Assembly: GCA_023254095.1 (NCBI GenBank)
Contig: JALNLM010000001.1
Span: 112,062-136,061 of the forward strand
From: Candidatus Geocrenenecus huangii
GTDB taxonomy: Archaea; Thermoproteota; Nitrososphaeria_A; Caldarchaeales; Wolframiiraptoraceae
Length of the DNA: 24,000 bases
Reading direction: 5' to 3'
Each line of letters begins with the position of its first letter. Positions within the stretch are counted from its first letter, which is position 1. Under the pieces are notes generated by a model that saw only the letters and a program-made list of their open reading frames with translations, ran no database searches and was not told where the DNA came from. Made by a program: the position numbers and the translations under genes. This document shows positions 9,765 to 16,296 of this stretch, in pieces.

Positions 9765-10355
9765 CTATCTATCGTCTCCGTAGGGTGTGGGGAGAGCCTC
9801 CAAACTAGTAATCCATTCTATGAATTTTTTCGACGATCTTCCTCTATGTGATATCTTGTTCTTTTCATGTACCTCCATCTCCGCGAATGTTCTCCCATCT
9901 CCCTCATCTGGTATGAAGATTGGGTCGAATCCGAAACCACTCACACCTCTAGATTCATAAGATATACTTCCTCTAACTTCTCCAGCGAAGAATTTAATCC
10001 CAGTATACGGTGAATAGAAACCGATCACCGATTTGAAGGAAGCTGACCTTTCTTCTATGTTATTCATCAACTTCAATAAACCTCCCACCCCTATTGTCTT
10101 ATAGACGTAGGAAGAATACGGGCCGGGAAAACCATTAAGAGAATCTATGAATAAGCCAGCATCCTCAACTAGTACTGGTTCTCTAAGAATATTATAAGCG
10201 TAGAGTACACTCTCCTTAGCTATCTCTCTAAGATCAGAAGATTGTATTTCCTTTGTCTTCAATAATTCAACCCGGTATCTTAGATTGTATTGCTTGAAGA
10301 TCTGCTCGAATTCTTCGAGCTTTCCCTTATTCGTGGTAACGACCGTGAACCTCAT
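9765..10355 (-). CDS. rdgB: Non-canonical purine NTP (dITP/XTP) pyrophosphatase, RdgB/HAM1 family
   Basis: The motifs VTTNKGKLEEF, EDAGLFIDSLNGFPGPYSS, GFGFDPIF and ISHRG match the family. Its ATG overlaps the bud32 stop as ATGA. Confidence 0.88.
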   Translation of the reverse strand: MRFTVVTTNKGKLEEFEQIFKQYNLRYRVELLKTKEIQSSDLREIAKESVLYAYNILREPVLVEDAGLFIDSLNGFPGPYSSYVYKTIGVGGLLKLMNNIEERSASFKSVIGFYSPYTGIKFFAGEVRGSISYESRGVSGFGFDPIFIPDEGDGRTFAEMEVHEKNKISHRGRSSKKFIEWITSLEALPTPYGDDR

Positions 10356-10996
10356 CTCCTTCTCTCCTCCACATATCTACCCCTCCTCCTTATTTCTCTT
10401 ATCTTAGAAATCAAATCTCTCGTAAAGTCTCCACCTACTACTTCTGAGTATCCTTGAAAGAAGCTGTGCATAAATAATTCTCTTACACCATAGTGTCCGC
10501 TTTCCAAACTCCTATCCAATAGATGTATATCTACTGCAAAATCTTCTAATTCATCTGTGAATATGCTTAATCCAAAGTCCACTAGGTACAGTTTACCTGA
10601 ATCGTCAACTATGATGTTGGATGTTGTTAAGTCGCCGTGAGCTATCCCCGCCATATGCATTCTCCCAACAAGCCTACCTAGAGAATCTGAAACTTCCATT
10701 ACCTCTCTTTCATTTCTTGCCTCCAGCCATCTTTTAAGCTCTACACCAACAATATACTGCATATATATTGTTGTCTCCTTCCTATCAATCAACAATACGG
10801 CTGGACATGGAACACATGCTTTCTTCAAAGCTAGCATAACTTTAACTTCATGAATCATCCTAGATTCTCTGATCTTCTCATCTAAGTTAGAGATTCTATA
10901 AGGCTTAGGGATTCTATGCTTCGAGAGGACATCGAACCCTATTAGATGAGTTCTTGAAATAATGGCTTCAGCACCAATTCTAATAACATTGCTCAT
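10352..10996 (-). CDS. bud32: KEOPS-complex Bud32/PRPK-type atypical serine/threonine kinase
   Basis: GAEAIISR (glycine-rich loop equivalent), HGDLTTSNIIV (catalytic loop) and LVDFGLS (DFG) identify the kinase. I place the start at ATG 10996 (MSNVIRIGAEA..., 214 aa), which fits the usual Bud32 size. The 299-aa version in the ORF track (to 11251) adds a low-complexity N-terminus that overlaps the next gene. Confidence 0.8.
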   Translation of the reverse strand: MSNVIRIGAEAIISRTHLIGFDVLSKHRIPKPYRISNLDEKIRESRMIHEVKVMLALKKACVPCPAVLLIDRKETTIYMQYIVGVELKRWLEARNEREVMEVSDSLGRLVGRMHMAGIAHGDLTTSNIIVDDSGKLYLVDFGLSIFTDELEDFAVDIHLLDRSLESGHYGVRELFMHSFFQGYSEVVGGDFTRDLISKIREIRRRGRYVEERRR

Positions 10997-11168
10997 CTTC
11001 CAGCTATACAATCTATATAGAAGTAAGTAAAAAATATGAAGGAACAAGACTGCCAACGTCATAAGAACCGACTCATGTAGGGTGAACATGATATACAATC
11101 TCTCAACCCAACTTCCAGACACCAACAAGCGAAAATATCTAGAGTATGACAAATATCGGCTTCTCAGA

Positions 11169-11480
11169 TCATGATACCAGAACAGTAGCTGTAAGTATCT
11201 TGAGATGAGAGATCTTGTTATTTGATAAGCCCGGGGAGAAGATTGTTTCAATAAGCTCTGAGTAAGATACGTTATATAGTTCTGCTAGATGCTGTAAGTA
11301 GTCTATTGGGTCTCCCCAAGCCCACTCCCACTCCATGAACCCGCATCTGAAGCACCTACTATAAACGTCTCCAGCAGCCGAGACTATCAGCCTCCTAGTA
11401 TTCTCACCGCCACATTCATAACAGTTTCTAAACCCTAAAACCTTCTTAACCACGATCATTCCAGCCATCATATAAAACAT
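11169..11480 (-). CDS. Small zinc-ribbon protein (CxxC-x19-CxxC, TFIIB-like ribbon), function unknown
   Basis: The ribbon reads CYECGGENTRRLIVSAAGDVYSRCFRCG and is followed by a helical segment, DPIDYLQHLAELYNVSYSELIETIF. A TATA-like ATATATAC (minus strand, 11481-11490) would favour a leaderless start at Met8 (11459). Confidence 0.5.
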   Translation of the reverse strand: MFYMMAGMIVVKKVLGFRNCYECGGENTRRLIVSAAGDVYSRCFRCGFMEWEWAWGDPIDYLQHLAELYNVSYSELIETIFSPGLSNNKISHLKILTATVLVS

Positions 11481-11675
11481 AGTATATATCAGTCTTCGTG
11501 GCCTAACGGTTTAGTCTATGGTTCTATGAATCTAGCTCTCTCAGTACACAAATCCTTCTTCCTCCTACGTTTCTCACTCAATGTATAATACAGTATGAGG
11601 AGGATGCAGTATGTAATGAGTGTAACGGTTAGAAATATTAGCCTTAACAATTCTACGGGTTCTCCTAGAATATTT

Positions 11676-11912
11676 CTACTCTGCAACTCTTATCCTCTCA
11701 ACCCTCTCAAGATTTATGAAGAGCTTATTACTGTTCGAGGAGATGACTATCATGGCAGGCTTTGTATCGAGGCTGAATGCTATTAGCCTACCATATATCG
11801 GCTCCCCCCTAACCGTTACTACCTCCACCTGCTTCTCCAGGACTGACTGGAGTTGGGCTTTAATCCAGCTCCTACTCTTTACCTCTCCTTTTAACTCCAA
11901 GAGAACCACCAA
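11676..11912 (-). CDS. Hypothetical small protein (78 aa), possibly an Sm-like beta-barrel fold
   Basis: The composition is protein-like and E/K/V-rich. The pattern VEVVTVRGEPIYGRLIAFSLD...IVISS...LFINLERVERIRV resembles Sm1/Sm2 strand spacing. It has a TTG or GTG start only and no clear promoter, so the call is tentative. Confidence 0.35.
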   Translation of the reverse strand: MVVLLELKGEVKSRSWIKAQLQSVLEKQVEVVTVRGEPIYGRLIAFSLDTKPAMIVISSNSNKLFINLERVERIRVAE

Positions 11913-11947
11913 AACCGATACGAAGAAAGAAGAAATCTAATGCATTC

Positions 11948-12385
11948 ATGGTAGAAGTCGAATCTAAAACTCTATATGAGCTACTCAGGAAACTAATAGA
12001 CATAAATAAAATAGCGCCTTTCGTTGAGTACTGTGAAGAGTGTATGAGGAGGTTTGCAAGAAGTTTCTTTGACAGTGAAGGGTGCGTAAGTAAAAATGGA
12101 CAAATTTCCTGCTCCAACAGCGATCTACAGCTTCTTCAGTATGTCAGGAAGATTCTAAATCTTCTTGGGATAAGAACGACTGAACCAAAGATATGTGTGA
12201 AGAAGGAGACTGCATTATTCGACAGAAGAAAAGGGAAGACATATACTGCAAAGAAGGATGTATATCGCATTTATGTTAGAATGTCAGACGTATTAAGGTT
12301 CTATCAATTGATTGGATTTACTATATAGAGAAAGTAGAAAAGACTCGAAGAATATCTTAAGACACATGGACTACTAACAATATAG
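11948..12385 (+). pseudogene. LAGLIDADG homing-endonuclease relic (C-terminal domain only, with two in-frame TAG codons near the 3' end)
   Basis: MVEVESKTLYELLRKL...RRFARSFFDSEGCVSKNGQISCSNSDLQLLQYVRKILNLLGIRT...YRIYVRMSDVLRFYQLIGFTI. This is one LAGLIDADG-type motif (FARSFFDSEGCV) in the layout of the second domain of a two-domain enzyme. Reading on in the same frame gives IGFTI*RK*KRLEEYLKTHGLLTI*, with TAGs at 12326 and 12335 and the final TAG at 12383. This looks like the usual family C-terminal helix. No first domain is found upstream. Confidence 0.65.
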
Positions 12386-12433
12386 CCCCCACAACCCCAC
12401 TCTATTTTTTAACCCACTCATAATATAATATAC

Positions 12434-12509
12434 TGGAGCCCGGGGAGGGATTTGAACCCCCGTGTAGCGGGTCTGCAGCCCGCCGCCTAAACCACTCGGC
12501 CACCCGGGC
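12434..12509 (-). tRNA. tRNA-Cys (anticodon GCA), CCA encoded
   Basis: I folded it by hand as GCCCGGG-TG-GCCG-AGTGGTTTA-(A)GGC-G-GCGGG-CTGCAGA-CCCGC-TACAC-GGGGG-TTCAAAT-CCCTC-CCCGGGC-T-CCA. It has a 7-bp acceptor stem, a 5-bp anticodon stem, U33 and anticodon GCA at positions 34-36. It also has a GTTCAAATC T-loop and a U73 discriminator, the known tRNA-Cys identity element. There is no intron. Confidence 0.95.
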
Positions 12510-12531
12510 ATCCTTTAGGGTTCCTGATTCT

Positions 12532-12541
12532 CTATATATTT
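12532..12541 (-). promoter_or_regulatory. TATA box of the tRNA-Cys gene
   Basis: The minus strand reads AAATATATAG, centred about 28 nt upstream of tRNA position 1 (12509). Confidence 0.55.
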
Positions 12542-13062
12542 AGAGATACTTAAAAATTTTAACTTGGTTTATCCCAGGTAGATCTATCTAAGATACTCAA
12601 ATGGTTGAGGTTTTGTAGTAGTTTAGATGAGATTATAATCGCTAATCTTGAAATCATATCTATGGCCTCAGAGACAGATAAGAATATACACAGGTTTAAG
12701 TTGAGTACCTTATTTTTCAGATAACAACATTTATATACTAAGTTTTCCATGAAATTACTACAAATATAAACAGCAGAAACGCTATTCTACAACTTTGTTT
12801 AATATATGCTATCAACAATAGAGGACAACATTATTGGTAGGCTCTCCGGGGATAGATAAAAGCGTATCTGATGTCTCTATAGCAGATCTTAGAACCTCCC
12901 GAGAATGTTAAGTCTCTCCAAGACTCTGTAAGTTAGTCAGGGGAAACAATCTAGGAAGCACAGAGTAGAATAGCATCATCTGTTAAGAAAGTGGACGTAA
13001 TGGGCCGACCGGCGTATCTTTACGTATAGGGTGTCACGGTGGCTTTTCTCTATGTGTTTCTC

Positions 13063-13112
13063 ATTAAATTTAAAGAGTAGACTATCGGATAATTTCTCGG
13101 TAGTGGTGGAGG
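13063..13112 (+). promoter_or_regulatory. TATA-like box plus Shine-Dalgarno-like element for the nitroreductase gene
   Basis: ATTAAATTTAAAG lies at 13063-13075, about 48 nt upstream of the TTG start. GGTGGAGG lies at 13105-13112, 4 nt before TTG 13117, and is complementary to the usual archaeal 16S 3' end. Confidence 0.4.
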
Positions 13113-13116
13113 CAGA

Positions 13117-13890
13117 TTGAGTTTCGTTAGGAGGAGGAGTGTTATCAATTTATTGAAGTCTAGGAGAAGTATCAGGGTATTTAGTCCTGTAAGCATCCCT
13201 GATGAAGTAGTCAAACTACTTGTAGAAGTAGGTGAGAGAGCTCCAACATTTTTCCAAATGTACTCGATTATCTGGGTTAAGAGTCAGGAGAAGAAGGAGA
13301 AACTAGCTGAACTCTGCAGGGGAGAGATTGTAAAAAATGCATCGATAATCTTACTGGTATGTGGAGATTTGAGGAGAATGTATAGGATGCTGAATCTGCT
13401 CGAGCATAAGCATGTCCTAACATCAGATAAACATCCAGTTGAGACGATAATGTCTATATTTGATGCAGCTTTAACTGTCGAGAATATAATAATTGCTGCT
13501 GAATCTCTAGGCTTAGGGTCAGTCATACTTGATTGCCCCATACTATACGCTCCAGCCATTACACAATTATTCCAGCTTCCTAAAGGAGTTGTGCCGCTCA
13601 CTCTGATATGCATTGGTGTTAGAGGGGAATCACCACCACTGAGACCTAGACTCCCATTAAATATCGTCCTGCATGAAGACATGTATAGAGAGCCAACTGA
13701 TGAAGAATTGAAAAATTTCTTATCCACTCTAGAGAAACACATGGAATATGAAAATTACGTCAAGAAGTACACCGGTAGGGAAGTCAAGTACATTGATTAT
13801 ATTAAGGCGAAGACGGAGCTAACTAAGGAGACGGAGAAAGAAAATGAAGCATTAATCAAGTATCTGAGAGAAAACATGTTTAGGATCTAA
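13117..13890 (+). CDS. Nitroreductase-family flavoprotein with a charged C-terminal extension of about 70 aa
   Basis: LLKSRRSIRVFS...I..E....L.E.G.RAPT is the canonical RRS(I/V)R.F nitroreductase N-terminus, and the central AAESLGLGS segment also fits. It has a TTG start. Confidence 0.8.
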   Translation: MSFVRRRSVINLLKSRRSIRVFSPVSIPDEVVKLLVEVGERAPTFFQMYSIIWVKSQEKKEKLAELCRGEIVKNASIILLVCGDLRRMYRMLNLLEHKHVLTSDKHPVETIMSIFDAALTVENIIIAAESLGLGSVILDCPILYAPAITQLFQLPKGVVPLTLICIGVRGESPPLRPRLPLNIVLHEDMYREPTDEELKNFLSTLEKHMEYENYVKKYTGREVKYIDYIKAKTELTKETEKENEALIKYLRENMFRI

Positions 13891-13941
13891 TCAGTAAACT
13901 TATTTAACTAATTTTTCCAAATTATAGCCAGTGTTAAGAGA

Positions 13942-15009
13942 ATGGAAGCAGGGAAAAATATTCTTAACTTCTTAGAAGATTATGGTAAGAGAATTACAGC
14001 TGAGATAGAAAGATTAGTACCTAGGAGGATCGATCAAGAAGGAATATCTAAGTTCTTAGGTGAACCATTCTTCAAGTATGAGCCGAAGTCAATAAATGTC
14101 TCAATACTAGATCCTTTCTGGGACCTTATAGATAGAGGTGGAAAGAGGTGGAGACCGGCGTTAACAATCATCATTTACGAAGCTCTAGGCGGGAAGATGG
14201 AAGATATCCTACCATTAACGGTTATCCCAGAGATCATACATAATGGGACTCTAGTGGTAGATGATGTAGAAGATGAAAGCGATTACAGGAGGGGCAAACC
14301 ATGTATCCACAAGATCTATGGAGTAGATATAGCGATAAACATGGGGAACACTATGTATTTCCTCCCATTACTAGCGCTCTCAAAGGTCAATATCTCAGAT
14401 GATAAGAAGTTGAGGATACTCGAGGAATACATTAAAACGATGATGGAGCTTAGCTTTGGCCAAGCAATGGATATCGCTTGGCACAGAGGTCTAGTGGACG
14501 ATGTCACGGAAGAACAGTACATGCAGATGACATTACTTAAAACTGGGGCACTAGCCAGATTCTCTGCAAAAATAGCATGTATAGTAGCAGAAGCATCGAG
14601 AAAAGTTGAAGAAAAGATCTCGAGATTCTCTGAATCTCTTGCAGTCGCTTTTCAGATTCAAGATGATGTACTAAACATTGCTGGAGAAGAATCAAAGTAC
14701 GGAAAAGAGATAGGTGGAGATATAAGAGAGGGAAAAAGAACTCTATTAGTAGTGTATGCTCTCAGAAACCTACCTTTGGAAAAAGCTGAGCGTTTAAGAA
14801 GAATACTCAAAATGAGAACAAATGATAACAGATTGATTCGGGAAGCTATAGAGCTCTTGAAGGAGTCGGGAGCTATAGAGTATGCTAGGAAGACATGTAT
14901 AGAGCTTGTATCAAGATCGTGGAATGAGCTTAACGAAGTTCTACCGGAATCTCCGGCTAAAGAAAAACTAAAAGCCTTATCAGACTTCCTAATCACTAGA
15001 GAATTCTAA
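13942..15009 (+). CDS. Trans-polyprenyl diphosphate synthase (GGPP-synthase family; product chain length uncertain)
   Basis: It has GKRWRPAL, the first Asp-rich motif VVDDVEDESDYRRG and the second Asp-rich motif FQIQDDVLN, followed by GKEIGGDIREGKRT. Confidence 0.88.
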   Translation: MEAGKNILNFLEDYGKRITAEIERLVPRRIDQEGISKFLGEPFFKYEPKSINVSILDPFWDLIDRGGKRWRPALTIIIYEALGGKMEDILPLTVIPEIIHNGTLVVDDVEDESDYRRGKPCIHKIYGVDIAINMGNTMYFLPLLALSKVNISDDKKLRILEEYIKTMMELSFGQAMDIAWHRGLVDDVTEEQYMQMTLLKTGALARFSAKIACIVAEASRKVEEKISRFSESLAVAFQIQDDVLNIAGEESKYGKEIGGDIREGKRTLLVVYALRNLPLEKAERLRRILKMRTNDNRLIREAIELLKESGAIEYARKTCIELVSRSWNELNEVLPESPAKEKLKALSDFLITREF

Positions 15010-15052
15010 TTTTCGCTCCAAGGATCCTAGGATATTTGAATATCCACTATTC

Positions 15053-16159
15053 TCATGGATATAGTTTTCTTTCGAGCTCTGCTAATCTTCTAAATGCTTC
15101 AAGTTTCTCTTCTCTATCCACTGAGGTTGATTCCAAGATCGATCTTAGGAAGTTTATCGACTCATCCATTCTCTTTCTTGATACCGGGTAAGGGACTCCA
15201 TCTTTTCCACCATGAGCGAAAGTGAATCTTAACGGATCTCTCCAATCTATCTGTGACCCGTAGATCAGCGTAGAGATTAGAGCCAAAGCCCTCAGGGTTG
15301 AGGGGCCGAGCCCTTCTATCTGGATTAATTCTTCATAATCGCTAGGCTTTATATTGTATGCTTTATTGACCGCTTTCCAGTTTATCTTTCTAGGCATTTC
15401 TAGGTGAGGAGGTAGCTGTAACTCGTGGTCAGCTTCAATCCATCTCGTTAATGTCTCCTGCTTATTCAATGAGAGATTTATTAATCTAACTAGCTTTCCA
15501 GGATTTTCACAGATAAGGTCAACTGAGGTCTTCCTAGCTTCTCTGCTTCTACTGGATGTTAGGTTGAGAACAGTTTCTTCTACTCTATCTCCAGCTATTC
15601 CACTATGCGGCTCTTCTACGAAGCTTGATACTTTTTCGCCGATCCAATGATATCTTCTAGCATACTTACTATTCAGATTCATCCCCTGTTGTACTATGCC
15701 CCAGTCTCCATCTTCAGTAAATATTATTGCATGATGATATATGCTGTAGCCATCTTGAAGAACAGCGTTATCTACTTTGGCTGAGAGTCTACTCACCTTA
15801 ACGAGCTTGGCCTTTACTTCTTCAGGTATATTTAACTTGTAGATCATTTCAGGAGTCTTAACGCCCATAGCTCCTTTACCTCCAACTACTGCTAATCCAT
15901 GGGTATCTATCTTAATCGATTCTCTAAGCGCTCCCATTACGACTGTTGTCAAACCGCTGGAATGCCAATCAAATCCTAAAACACATCCAAATGCTTGAAA
16001 CCAGTAAGGGTCTCCTATCTTTCTTATGACTTCTCTTTTTCCAAGCTCTTCCACCATCACCTTAACTATTGAGTTGGCGAGGTTTTTCATCTTATCCATT
16101 AGCCATGGCGGCACATGACCTTTGTGAAGAGGGAGGTCAGCTGTCCCACTTAGATTCAT
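15053..16159 (-). CDS. Conserved protein of unknown function, probably DUF763 family, with a helix-hairpin-helix-like motif
   Basis: The N-terminus ADLPLHKGHVPPWL...DPYWFQAFGCVLGFDWHSSGLTT matches my recollection of the DUF763 signature. The segment IQIEGLGPSTLRALALI looks like an HhH motif. I have not checked this against a database. Confidence 0.55.
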   Translation of the reverse strand: MNLSGTADLPLHKGHVPPWLMDKMKNLANSIVKVMVEELGKREVIRKIGDPYWFQAFGCVLGFDWHSSGLTTVVMGALRESIKIDTHGLAVVGGKGAMGVKTPEMIYKLNIPEEVKAKLVKVSRLSAKVDNAVLQDGYSIYHHAIIFTEDGDWGIVQQGMNLNSKYARRYHWIGEKVSSFVEEPHSGIAGDRVEETVLNLTSSRSREARKTSVDLICENPGKLVRLINLSLNKQETLTRWIEADHELQLPPHLEMPRKINWKAVNKAYNIKPSDYEELIQIEGLGPSTLRALALISTLIYGSQIDWRDPLRFTFAHGGKDGVPYPVSRKRMDESINFLRSILESTSVDREEKLEAFRRLAELERKLYP

Positions 16160-16296
16160 CCTTCTCCTTTATGTATAATCTCGATACTCATAGTTAATCG
16201 TTTTCTCCATACCTTTATATCCTCGTGTAATGTATTGCATATACTTCATGTTAATGTTGAACTAGAAAGATTTAATTTTCAGATAACCGTCTAAAA

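Noticed and set aside
11498-11540. A tRNA-like fragment, GTGGCCTAACGGTTTAG, which matches the tRNA-Cys D-arm GTGGCCGAGTGGTTTAG at 13 of 17 positions. It is followed by GGTTCTATGAATC, which could display a CTA (amber-suppressor) triplet in a 7-nt loop.
   Set aside because: I tried to fold it and found no acceptor stem. The anticodon-stem pairings fail for every loop register. Position 37 would be a pyrimidine in the CTA register. No GTTC-type T-arm follows. It is therefore not a tRNA, and the resemblance is limited to a D-loop-like string.
12559-12750. The 63-aa minus-strand ORF next to the tRNA-Cys promoter.
   Set aside because: It has an AT-driven, low-complexity composition rich in Leu, Ile, Asn and Ser. 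It shows no motifs, and its 3' end extends to within about 20 nt of the tRNA TATA box. There is not enough support to call it a gene.
12937-12981. A possible C/D-box sRNA on the minus strand, with AGATGATGC (C-box-like) followed 32 nt later by CTGA (D-box-like).
   Set aside because: The C box deviates from RUGAUGA at its last position. The C-to-D spacing is too short for the D', C' and second guide regions of archaeal C/D sRNAs. There is no terminal stem or k-turn pairing.
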